In this document: positions 35,307 through 43,886 of the stretch, piece after piece
Numbering within the stretch: the stretch's first letter is position 1
How the letters are laid out: each line of letters starts with the position of its first letter
From: Candidatus Lambdaproteobacteria bacterium
GTDB taxonomy: Bacteria; SAR324; JACQKK01
Direction of reading: 5' to 3'
Length of the DNA stretch: 48,466 nucleotides
NCBI GenBank assembly: GCA_016199125.1
Contig: JACQHH010000159.1
Location: 1-48,466, forward strand
Notes under the pieces: model-generated
The model's input: the letters and a program-made list of their open reading frames with translations, nothing else
Database searches by the model: none
Told to the model about the DNA's origin: nothing
Position numbers and translations under genes: made by a program

Positions 35307-37604
35307 ATGAAGAGCGTGCGCATGCTGTGGCGCATCGGCCTGCCGTTGCTGCTGGCGCTGCTGGTGGCGGCCTGCGCCGCCACGACCGAAGACAAGAAAA
35401 CCGAAGACACTGGAGGGGACGGCGACACCCCGCCCACCATCACGGGCGGCCGCGAGTACACGTTCGAGGAGGGTGACGAACAGGGGGGCTCGTTTACTGC
35501 CACGCTCACGCTGGGCGAAACCCAGTTTCTGTACGCGCTGGTCAGCGACCCGTCGATCGCGGTCTGGGGAACCGCAGCCACGCTGAACAACGGCTTCCTC
35601 AAGCTGCGCATCACCCACGCCACGCATCCCGAGGAGACGATCAACCGGGACGTGTTCGCCTCGGAAATGAAGAACGGTGTGCTGGCCATCTTCGATGCGG
35701 ACAATTTCTACGTTGAATCCGAGAGTGCCTACAGGGAATCCAGTCCGGGCGTGAACCGGGGCGGAAGCTGCGCCACAGGCGGCGAAGTGTACAACGCCGT
35801 CGGCGTTCCGCAGAGCGGCTTCGATCAACTCACCGACACCATCTACGGCACCGCCGCGCTGGCGTCGGGCCCGCTGACGCTCACCCTGAGCGGCTATGCA
35901 CTGGACGAGGACCTCGCCACCGGAGTGCCGGAGACGATGGATTTCCCGACCCCATTCGCCTGCATCGGTGGCAACACGCTCACCGCCACGGGCGCCACGA
36001 TCGCCTTTGCCCAGGCCGGTTTTGGCGTGCTGCAGGCGACGGACGATCAGGGCGGGGACTTTACGGCCATTCTGGTGCCACCGCCGACTCTGCAAATTCC
36101 CATAGCCGATTTTACGCAGGAAGGCCGCGTCTACACAGGCTTCGCCGAGCAAATCTGGGACGATCCCAGCGATGTTCCGGATCAGGGTTTCATCACCCTG
36201 CAGCGGCCCATCCGCGCCATCGGACAGGGGAACGATACCCTGCGGGCGATTCCCTTGATCGACATCGAGGACAACGAGCCCATCTCTCCCGACAGTGCAC
36301 AGATCGTGGTCGCCCGCTCCGGCAGCGCTCCCAACGGCTTCTTCGACCTGTCCACGATCAATATGGGAGCAGGGCCACAGCCCTTTCCCTTCACGGTGGC
36401 GCTGACGCCGACGGGCGAATACGTGCTTGTGGGCGTGGTCGGTACGCCGTTGGAACTGGGCGGTACATCCACCGACTGGGAATTCGTGGTGCTCAGCGAA
36501 CAGCAGATCGGCACCGGCTATCCGGTGGCCGCGCCGTCGTTCTTCGGAGACGCATACACCTTGCTCTCCGCGCAGGGCGACCAGGGCGGGGCGCCTAACC
36601 TGACCATCGGCACGAACGAGTCCGCGGGGTCATTCCGGGTAACCGACCCCAATACCGGCACGAACAGTTGGGGCACCATCGCCAATCACAGTTCGGGCTT
36701 CGTACAGCTCACGCTGACCCACTCCACCGAGCCGGGCCTGAGGCTGGGCCAGGCGCTTTACGGCGGGGTCATTCCGGGCTCGCTGTTTTTCGCCCTGCCG
36801 GAGGACGAGTATGAGCCCGTGGAAAGTGCGTTCACCGAGTCCATCGCCGGACCGGCCGTTGGGCCAGGATGCACCGTGGCGTACGACAACGGCACGATCT
36901 TCAACGTTTCCGCATTTCCGGAAAGCGGGTTCGACCAGCTTGCCGACACGGCCTGGGGTACCGCGACCGTGCAGACTCCATCGACGTTCCCGGGTGCGAC
37001 GGCAACCACGTTCGACCTGACCGTCAGCATGTTCCGCATCGACCAGGACGCGACGGCAGTGGTTATCCCGCAGACCATCGTGGGTCTGGACTGCATGGGC
37101 ACACCCAACGGTGTCGGCGACCGGTTCCTGGTAGGTCCCGCGGGGTCGGCGACGGTGCTGCGGACGGACGGCGGCTTCCTGGCTTTCCCGGCGCCCACGA
37201 CAGCCATCGACGCGGCCACCGAAATCCAAGCGACTGGCGAGTTCTTCCGCGGCTTCGTGCAGAGCGCGCGCAGCGACGGCATGGGCGACTTTCCAGAGCG
37301 CTACATGCTCGTGACCGCGCAGGGGGCTGGAACGTCCTTGATCGGTGCGGCGTACAACATCTTCACCAACACCAGCGCGACCGGCGAAGCCGTGACCATC
37401 ACCCTCGGCCAGAGCGTCTTGGCATCCAACGGCCGCTTCGACAGCGGAACGTTGACCGACACGCAGGGCGTGCGGCCCCTGCGCCTGCTGGCTTGGCGCA
37501 ATCCGCTGGATGGCGACAAGATCGCGCTCGTCGGATTCGTGGGTAACAACGCCGTGGGTGCCACGCCCGACGACTGGGATTTCATCGTGGTTTACGAGCA
37601 GTAG
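35307..37604 (+). CDS. Large orphan lipoprotein made of two tandem paralogous modules of about 370 aa
   Basis: ATG 35307. Signal peptide + lipobox LLLALLVAAC. The two halves align: WGTAATLNNGFLKLRITHATHP / WGTIANHSSGFVQLTLTHSTEP; VPQSGFDQLTDTIYGTA / FPESGFDQLADTAWGTA. Each half ends in TDWEFVVLSEQ / DDWDFIVVYEQ. Confidence 0.75.
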   Translation: MKSVRMLWRIGLPLLLALLVAACAATTEDKKTEDTGGDGDTPPTITGGREYTFEEGDEQGGSFTATLTLGETQFLYALVSDPSIAVWGTAATLNNGFLKLRITHATHPEETINRDVFASEMKNGVLAIFDADNFYVESESAYRESSPGVNRGGSCATGGEVYNAVGVPQSGFDQLTDTIYGTAALASGPLTLTLSGYALDEDLATGVPETMDFPTPFACIGGNTLTATGATIAFAQAGFGVLQATDDQGGDFTAILVPPPTLQIPIADFTQEGRVYTGFAEQIWDDPSDVPDQGFITLQRPIRAIGQGNDTLRAIPLIDIEDNEPISPDSAQIVVARSGSAPNGFFDLSTINMGAGPQPFPFTVALTPTGEYVLVGVVGTPLELGGTSTDWEFVVLSEQQIGTGYPVAAPSFFGDAYTLLSAQGDQGGAPNLTIGTNESAGSFRVTDPNTGTNSWGTIANHSSGFVQLTLTHSTEPGLRLGQALYGGVIPGSLFFALPEDEYEPVESAFTESIAGPAVGPGCTVAYDNGTIFNVSAFPESGFDQLADTAWGTATVQTPSTFPGATATTFDLTVSMFRIDQDATAVVIPQTIVGLDCMGTPNGVGDRFLVGPAGSATVLRTDGGFLAFPAPTTAIDAATEIQATGEFFRGFVQSARSDGMGDFPERYMLVTAQGAGTSLIGAAYNIFTNTSATGEAVTITLGQSVLASNGRFDSGTLTDTQGVRPLRLLAWRNPLDGDKIALVGFVGNNAVGATPDDWDFIVVYEQ

Positions 37605-37614
37605 CCGGCGCGCT

Positions 37615-37662
37615 TTCGCGGCCGCCTGTCTCAGGTGCGGTGCGCAGGAGGGCGGCCGCGAA
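37615..37662. terminator. Perfect 12-bp inverted repeat (possible bidirectional terminator)
   Basis: TTCGCGGCCGCC (37615-37626) / 24-nt loop / GGCGGCCGCGAA (37651-37662), 11 nt after the lipoprotein stop. A second bulged hairpin at 37738-37764 follows the converging gene. Confidence 0.4.
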
Positions 37663-37779
37663 CGATGGCGGGGTGGCTTGGGGGGCTGCTGCGGCGCGCG
37701 GGCGGATGCCGGATTGCTGCGGCGGATCGTGCAAGGCGCCACGCCCGCGCACGGGCGGCGTGGCGGTACGTCGTGCCAT

Positions 37780-38172
37780 CTACGGGCGTGCCACTTTCCA
37801 CATGCCGCCCATGCCGTCGCCCTTGGCGTCGCCGGGGCTTTCGTCCCCGTCATACAGGTAGAGCGGCTTGCCTTTGTATGCCCACTGCTTGGCGCCGTCG
37901 GAGCGGGCAAAGATCTGGTAGTCCCCTTCGGCCTGGTCGCCCTCGAAGGCTTCCAACGGAATCCAGCGCTCGGCGCACTTGCCGTTGCAGTTCGACGTCA
38001 TTGCGGTGTCCCGGGCGAATGTGTAGAGCGTCATGCGATTTTCATCGACGAGAATGCTGCCGCTGGCGGTCTGTTCCGTGCTGACCGGAACCGCTGCGTT
38101 GGCCACCAGGGCCAGCATGGTCAGACCAATTCCGATACCTGCCGCCACGAGGGCCACAAGCATTTTCTTCAT
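37780..38172 (-). CDS. Secreted COG4315-type protein (Lipoprotein_15-like repeat, unknown function)
   Basis: ATG 38170-38172 (MKKMLVALVAAGIGIGLTMLALVANA signal peptide). ILVDENRMTLYTFARDTAMTSNCNGKCAERWIPL and AKQWAYKGKPLYLYDGDESPGDAKGDG repeat signature. Confidence 0.75.
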   Translation of the reverse strand: MKKMLVALVAAGIGIGLTMLALVANAAVPVSTEQTASGSILVDENRMTLYTFARDTAMTSNCNGKCAERWIPLEAFEGDQAEGDYQIFARSDGAKQWAYKGKPLYLYDGDESPGDAKGDGMGGMWKVARP

Positions 38173-38702
38173 GTGTAGAATTTCTCCTGGATCTTGCGCG
38201 TGCACCTGAGAGAGGTACCTTAGCGTGCAAGGACGATCCCTGCGTGCTGCCTGTTCCCGGGTGTGACGCCGATTGTCTCAGGTCCCCGATGCACCCGCAA
38301 TCCCAAGCCGATGGCGCCGTGCGGCGCGTGGAGAGTCATTTCGTGCCCGTGCAGGCCGCTGCGACGGGTGGCGCGAGCCGGGCGACGTGGCGGCGCCCCG
38401 GCCGACCCCAGGGCCGGCGGCAAGGGCGTACGCATGGGCACCATCCCAATGCGCAGACAGCGCGCGATCCCTTTGAAAAGTTTGCGGTTGTCTCCCGCGT
38501 CGGAATTTCATATCGTGGTGCCGAATTTTCGGAGCGGGATGTCTCCTCGGGGGAGCCTACCACGCCATGCACGCGGCCCTTGCGCCGTGGCCGCCGCCGG
38601 CCGGGCGGCCCGCCACGCAGGGTGCCGGCGTGTCAATGCGAGACCGTTCCCAATCGCGTACGGGATTGGAGGAACGACCACGTCTTTGCGGAGGGACACG
38701 TT

Positions 38703-39884
38703 GTGAGCACGATCAAGAGATTGCTGGCTTTTGCTGCGCTGGGTGTGTTGACGGTGATGCTGGCGGCGCCGTCCATGGCCGCGGATAAGGTCAAGATTGG
38801 CTTCCTGGCGACCTTCACCGGAGGCGTGGGCGTGATCGGCGACGACATGCGCAATGCCTTCGAGCTGGGGCTGGACCACCTGGGCCGCAAAATGGGGCCG
38901 CTGGACGTGGAGGTCATCTACGAGGACGACGACTTCAAGCCCGACGTAGGCAAGCAGAAGACGGAAAAGCTGGTCAAGCGCGACCGGGTGAATTTCGTCA
39001 CCGGGCACATGTGGAGCCATGTCCTGCTCGCCTCCTACAACTCGGTGGTGGGCCAGGGACCCTTCCTCATCAGCGCCAATGCCGGCCCCTCGCAGATCGC
39101 CGGCACGCTCTGTCACCCGGACTTCTTCTCCACCTCCTGGCAGAACGACCAGACCCCCATGGCCATGGGCGAGGTGATGAACCAGGAGGGCATCGACAAC
39201 GTGTACCTGATGGCGCCCAACTACGCCGCCGGCAAGAACATGATGGAAGGCTTCAAGCGCAGCTTCAAGGGCAGGATCGTCGGCGAGGACCTCACCAAGT
39301 TCCCGGACCAGGTGGACTTCTCGGCGGAGATGGCGAAGATTCGCGCCGCCAACCCCAAGGCCGTGTTCATCTTTTATCCGGGCAAGTTCGGCGCCCAGTT
39401 CTTCACGCAGTATCAGCAGGCCGGGTTGAAGGGGAAAATTCCGCTCTATTCCGCGTTCACGGTGGACGCCTTGAACCTGCCCCTGCTCAAGGACCTGGCC
39501 GTGGGCAACCTGATGACCCAGTTCTGGTCGCCCGACCTGGACAATCCGGTCAACAAGCGCTTCGTGGCCGAATTCAAGAAGAAATACGGAACCTTCCCCT
39601 CGTTCTACGCGGCACAAAGCTATGACGCGGCCATGCTCATCAACAGCGCGGTGGTGGCCGTCAAAGGCGACCTGACCAGGAAGGACGCCATGCGCGCCGC
39701 CATGGAGAAAGCCGATTTCCCCAGCGTGCGCGGCAAGTTCCGCTACGGCAACAACCACTTCCCCATCCAGAACTTTTACTTGCGGGAAGCGGTGAAGAAC
39801 GACGCCGGGGAATACACGACCCGCACCATCAGGGTCGTGCTGAAGGATCATCAGGATCCCTACGCCTCGGAGTGCAAGATGTAA
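38703..39884 (+). CDS. Periplasmic substrate-binding protein, Leu/Ile/Val-binding (type 1 PBP) family, second system
   Basis: GTG 38703 after GGAGGGA. Signal peptide VSTIKRLLAFAALGVLTVMLAAPSMA, then ADKVKIGFLATFTGGVGVIGDDMRNAFELGL. 393 aa. Confidence 0.85.
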   Translation: MSTIKRLLAFAALGVLTVMLAAPSMAADKVKIGFLATFTGGVGVIGDDMRNAFELGLDHLGRKMGPLDVEVIYEDDDFKPDVGKQKTEKLVKRDRVNFVTGHMWSHVLLASYNSVVGQGPFLISANAGPSQIAGTLCHPDFFSTSWQNDQTPMAMGEVMNQEGIDNVYLMAPNYAAGKNMMEGFKRSFKGRIVGEDLTKFPDQVDFSAEMAKIRAANPKAVFIFYPGKFGAQFFTQYQQAGLKGKIPLYSAFTVDALNLPLLKDLAVGNLMTQFWSPDLDNPVNKRFVAEFKKKYGTFPSFYAAQSYDAAMLINSAVVAVKGDLTRKDAMRAAMEKADFPSVRGKFRYGNNHFPIQNFYLREAVKNDAGEYTTRTIRVVLKDHQDPYASECKM

Positions 39885-39893
39885 CACCGCCCA

Positions 39894-39933
39894 GCCGTGG
39901 CGGCGGCGCGCGATCACGTGCCTCCGCCGCGGC
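39894..39933 (+). promoter_or_regulatory. 10-bp stem-loop immediately after the second SBP gene
   Basis: GCCGTGGCGG (39894-39903) pairs with CCGCCGCGGC (39924-39933), with one G-U pair and a 20-nt loop. It starts 10 nt after the stop codon. Confidence 0.4.
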
Positions 39934-40018
39934 GACGGTGTGCCGACCGGGTGCGGTCCCGCCCCGTTGTCCACTGTGCCACCCCGCTGGCCCCTGAACC
40001 TGAGCACGCGATTTCGGC

Positions 40019-40939
40019 ATGAACTGGCTGCTGTTGTTCGAGCAAACCCTCAACGGGTTCCAGTTGGGAACGCTGCTGTTCCTGCTGGCTGCGGGGCTGA
40101 CGCTGATTTTCGGCATCATGGACCTGGTCAACCTGGCCCACGGCTCCCTGTTCATGATGGGGGCTTTCTTCTGCGCCAGCCTCGCGGACTGGACGGGCAG
40201 CTTCCTGTTTGGCGCGCTGCTGGCGGTGCCGGCGGCGATCGCGCTGGGCATCGTGGTGGAGCTGGTGGCGCTGCGCACGCTCTACGACCGCAATCACCTG
40301 GACCAGGTGCTGGCCACCTTCGGCCTGATCCTGTTCTTCAACGAGGCCGTGCGCATCGTGTGGGGATCGGCGGGGCGCGCCATTCCCCTGCCGGCGTTGC
40401 TCAAGACCCATGTGCAGATCCTGGGCATCCCCTATCCCACGTATCGCATCATGACCATCAGCATCGGGCTGCTGGTGGCGCTGGGCTTGTACGTGCTCAT
40501 CGCCCGCACCCGTCTGGGCATGCTCATCCGCGCGGGCGCCACGAATCGCGAGATGGTGGGGGCCCTGGGGGTGGACATCCGCCTGCTCTACACGCTGGTC
40601 TTCGGGCTGGGCGCCGGGCTGGCCGGGCTGGCCGGGCTGCTCACGGCCACGGTGCAGACGGCGGAGATCGGCATGGGCGAGCACATCCTGATCCCCAGCT
40701 TCGTGGTGATCGTCATCGGGGGCATCGGCTCCATCCGCGGATCGTTCGTGGCGGCGATCATCGTTGGGCTGATCGACACGCTGGGGCGCTCTTACATCCC
40801 CGACCTGCTCAAGCTGTTTTTCTCGGAGCTGGTGGCCTCCACGGCGGCCCCTGCTCTGTCGTCCATGATGATCTATCTCATCATGGCCATCGTGCTGGTG
40901 CTGCGGCCTCAGGGGCTGTTTCCGGCCCACGCGGGCTAG
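40019..40939 (+). CDS. livH: Branched-chain amino-acid ABC transporter permease (LivH type), second system
   Basis: MNWLLLFEQTLNGFQLGTLLFLLAAGLTLIFGIMDLVNLAHGSLFMMGAF... and GGIGSIRGSFVAA. 306 aa. Confidence 0.88.
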   Translation: MNWLLLFEQTLNGFQLGTLLFLLAAGLTLIFGIMDLVNLAHGSLFMMGAFFCASLADWTGSFLFGALLAVPAAIALGIVVELVALRTLYDRNHLDQVLATFGLILFFNEAVRIVWGSAGRAIPLPALLKTHVQILGIPYPTYRIMTISIGLLVALGLYVLIARTRLGMLIRAGATNREMVGALGVDIRLLYTLVFGLGAGLAGLAGLLTATVQTAEIGMGEHILIPSFVVIVIGGIGSIRGSFVAAIIVGLIDTLGRSYIPDLLKLFFSELVASTAAPALSSMMIYLIMAIVLVLRPQGLFPAHAG

Positions 40940-41043
40940 GTCTGCACCGCGCCACCGTTGCCCGCGGTACGGCCCGCACGGCCCGTGGCAAGCGCCGCGG
41001 CCCGAAGCGGGCCACCCGGCGCACTCACGCGGGCGGTTGTCTC

Positions 41044-42948
41044 ATGCGCATCGGATTCAAGGAGGGATTCATCGTCGCCCTGCTGGCGGCCCTGGCGGTG
41101 TTGCCGCCGCTGGCCGTGTGGAGCGACGAGGTATTCTACATCGACCTGTTTTCGCGCGTGCTGATCCATGCCATCGCGGCGGTGAGCCTGAATTTCATCC
41201 TGGGCTACGGGGGCATGGTCAGCTTCGGCCATGCGGCCTACCTGGGCATCGGCGGATACGTGGTGGGCATCTGCACCTTCCATGCGCTGGAGGATGGCAT
41301 CGGCTGGCTGGCTTCGGGCTGGCTGCAATTTCCGCTGGCCATGCTCATCTCGGCGCTGGTGGCCCTGGCGATCGGAGCCATTTGCCTGCGCACCCGCGGC
41401 GTGTACTTCATCATGATCACCCTGGCCTTCGGACAGATGCTGTATTTCTCGGCCGTGGGCCTGGAGGTTTACGGCGCCGACGATGGCCTGACGCTCTACA
41501 CCACCAGCGACTTCTCCGGGCTGGTGAATCTGGGCGACGACGTGACCCTGTACTACGTGTCCTATGTGGCGCTGCTCGTGGCCCTGTGGCTGAGCTGGCG
41601 CCTGATCGGCTCGCGTTTCGGGCGGGCCATCGCCGGGGCGCGCTCCAACGAGCGGCGCATGCAGGCCATCGGGTTTCCCACCTATTCCTATAAGCTCACC
41701 GCCTTCGTCATCGCGGGGGGGCTGTGCGGATTCGCCGGGGCGCTGATGGCCAACCACGACACATTCGTCAGTCCGTCCATGATGCACTGGATCAAGTCCG
41801 GCGATCTGATCATCATGGTGGTGCTGGGGGGCATGGGCACGCTGTTCGGCCCGGTGGTGGGCGCAGTGGCCTTCCTGTTCCTGGAAGAGCTGCTTTCGAG
41901 CATCACCGAGCACTGGCAGGTCATCTTCGGGCCCCTGCTGATTGTGGTGGTGATCTTTGCCCGGGGGGGCATCGACGGCCTGCTGGGCGCCTTGGGCGGT
42001 GCGCGGGGCGTGGTGCTGCCCTTTTTCGGCGGACGCTCCGCGAGGCAGGACCATCGCAGCGGGCCCGAAGGCGGCTTGGCGCGCCATTTTTCCGCGGACG
42101 GGTCGGCCGGCGCCCCGACCGCTGCGGCCGGCTCGCAGGGACCTCTGCCGGGCCTCGCCTCGGCGGCGGGCGACGGACCCGCCCGGCCGGCGCTGACCGC
42201 CGCCCTGCGCATCGACAATGTGGTCAAGTCCTTCGGCGGGCTGCTGGCCACGGACCACTTGACTCTGGAGATTGCCAGCGGAGAGATTCACGCCGTGATC
42301 GGCCCTAATGGAGCCGGCAAGACCACGCTCATCGCCCAGATCACCGGCGAGCTGCGGCCCGACCGCGGGCGCATACATTTTCGCGGGCGGGACATCACTG
42401 CTCTCTCCACCCCGCGACGTTCGCACCTGGGCTTGGCGCGCTCGTTCCAGATCACCAACCTGTTCCTGGAGTTTTCGGCCCTGGACAATGTGGCGCTGGC
42501 CATCCAGGCCCACTCGGGCCACTCCTTCCGCTTCTGGCGCGAGGCCCGCGGCGATCCGGCATTGCATCTGCCGGCCCGGCGGGCGCTGGGGCAAGTGGGC
42601 CTGGGGGCGCGGACCGACGTGCTGGCCTCCAACCTGGCCCATGGGGAGCAGCGCCAGTTGGAGATCGCCATGGCCCTGGCCACCGGGCCCGGCATGCTGC
42701 TGCTGGACGAGCCCATGGCCGGCATGGGGCCCGAGGAATCGGCGCGCATGGTGCAGACGCTGCGTGCGCTGAAGGGACGCCTGACGATCCTGCTCATCGA
42801 GCACGACATGGACGCCGTGTTCGCCCTGGCCGATCGCATCACCGTGCTGGAATATGGCAGCGCCATCGCCACCGGCACGCCGGAGGAAATTCGCGGCAAC
42901 GAGGAAGTGCGTCAGGCCTACCTGGGCGACGCCGTCTCGACCGCTTAG
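41044..42948 (+). CDS. Fused LivM-type permease / LivG-type ATPase (single 634-aa polypeptide)
   Basis: ATG 41044. The N-terminal half is polytopic (GGMVSFGHAAYLGIGGY, GGMGTLFGPVVGA). A linker of about 68 aa rich in Gly/Ala/Pro/Arg spans 41996-42200. The C-terminal half has Walker A GPNGAGKTT, signature LAHGEQRQLEIA and Walker B LLLLDEPMAGM. The frame is uninterrupted across the junction. Confidence 0.85.
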   Translation: MRIGFKEGFIVALLAALAVLPPLAVWSDEVFYIDLFSRVLIHAIAAVSLNFILGYGGMVSFGHAAYLGIGGYVVGICTFHALEDGIGWLASGWLQFPLAMLISALVALAIGAICLRTRGVYFIMITLAFGQMLYFSAVGLEVYGADDGLTLYTTSDFSGLVNLGDDVTLYYVSYVALLVALWLSWRLIGSRFGRAIAGARSNERRMQAIGFPTYSYKLTAFVIAGGLCGFAGALMANHDTFVSPSMMHWIKSGDLIIMVVLGGMGTLFGPVVGAVAFLFLEELLSSITEHWQVIFGPLLIVVVIFARGGIDGLLGALGGARGVVLPFFGGRSARQDHRSGPEGGLARHFSADGSAGAPTAAAGSQGPLPGLASAAGDGPARPALTAALRIDNVVKSFGGLLATDHLTLEIASGEIHAVIGPNGAGKTTLIAQITGELRPDRGRIHFRGRDITALSTPRRSHLGLARSFQITNLFLEFSALDNVALAIQAHSGHSFRFWREARGDPALHLPARRALGQVGLGARTDVLASNLAHGEQRQLEIAMALATGPGMLLLDEPMAGMGPEESARMVQTLRALKGRLTILLIEHDMDAVFALADRITVLEYGSAIATGTPEEIRGNEEVRQAYLGDAVSTA

Positions 42949-43021
42949 CACCGCGCGGCCCCGCGCTCCGCCGCCGGTCACGCGGCGCGGGCCGGGTCGC
43001 CCACTCGCCCGACAGGGGAGC

Positions 43022-43720
43022 ATGCTCGAATTGCAAGACGTGGAAGCCGCCTATGGCCGGAGCCAGGTGCTGTTCGGCATGCACCTGCGCGTGGAGCCGG
43101 GCGAGGTGGTGACGCTGATGGGCCGCAACGGCATGGGCAAGACCACCACCGTGCGCGCCATCATGGGCATGACCCGCGCCCACGCCGGCAGCATCCGCTT
43201 CGAGGGGCGCGACCTGCGCGGCCTGCCGCCCTTCCGCATCGCCAAGCTGGGCCTGGGTCTCGTGCCCGAGGGCCGGCAGATTTTCCCCAACCTGTCCGTG
43301 CGCGAAAACCTGCTGGCCACCGCGCGCCGGGAGCGGGGCACCGGACGCTGGACGTTGGGGCGGGTGCTGGAGATGTTCCCGCGCTTGGCCCAACGCGTCG
43401 CGGCCATGGGTAACCAGCTCTCCGGGGGCGAGCAGCAGATGCTCTCCAGGGGGCGCGCGCTGATGACCAATCCGCGCCTGCTGATCCTGGACGAGGCCAC
43501 AGAGGGACTGGCCCCGCTGATCCGCGCGGAAATCTGGCGCTGCCTGGAGAACCTCAAGGCCGAGGGGGAATCGATCCTGGTCATCGACAAGAACGTGGAG
43601 GCGCTGACCCGCATCGCGGACCGCCATTACATCATCGAGAAGGGCGCCGTGGCCTGGAGCGGACGCTCGGCCGAGTTGCGCGCGGATCAGGCCGTGCTGC
43701 ACCGCTTCCTGGGCGTGTGA
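43022..43720 (+). CDS. livF: Branched-chain amino-acid ABC transporter ATP-binding protein (LivF type), second system
   Basis: ATG 43022 (MLELQDVEAAYGRSQVLFG...). Walker A GRNGMGKTT, signature LSGGEQQML, Walker B LLILDEATEGL. Confidence 0.9.
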   Translation: MLELQDVEAAYGRSQVLFGMHLRVEPGEVVTLMGRNGMGKTTTVRAIMGMTRAHAGSIRFEGRDLRGLPPFRIAKLGLGLVPEGRQIFPNLSVRENLLATARRERGTGRWTLGRVLEMFPRLAQRVAAMGNQLSGGEQQMLSRGRALMTNPRLLILDEATEGLAPLIRAEIWRCLENLKAEGESILVIDKNVEALTRIADRHYIIEKGAVAWSGRSAELRADQAVLHRFLGV

Positions 43721-43886
43721 GCGCCGCCGGCAGGCGAGGCGCATTGCACGCGCACCAGGCTCCGCCGGCATCGTGCACAGCCTTGTACCGCCCCATGGTC
43801 GGCGCACCATTGGGCACACCTTCGGCCGGCCGTGGCGTCTGCGCGGCGCGCCGGCCGCCGACGAACCACTTTGAGGAGGCCACACC

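Noticed and set aside
39940-41043. N-terminal 368 codons of the 1002-aa plus-strand ORF
   Set aside because: This part overlaps the LivH-type permease gene (40019-40939) in another frame and is compositionally non-protein-like. The permease-ATPase fusion starts at ATG 41044.
3529-43023. Family of long antisense ORFs (for example 3529-4896 -, 4664-6520 +, 7992-9407 +, 13586-15427 -, 18070-20100 +, 23776-25881 -, 25610-27094 +, 32019-34286 +, 35163-36152 -, 36630-37910 -, 38508-40007 -, 40936-43023 -)
   Set aside because: Each lies opposite a gene with clear family motifs. Their translations are dominated by Arg, Gly, Ala, Pro and His with no motifs. High G+C suppresses stop codons in non-coding frames.
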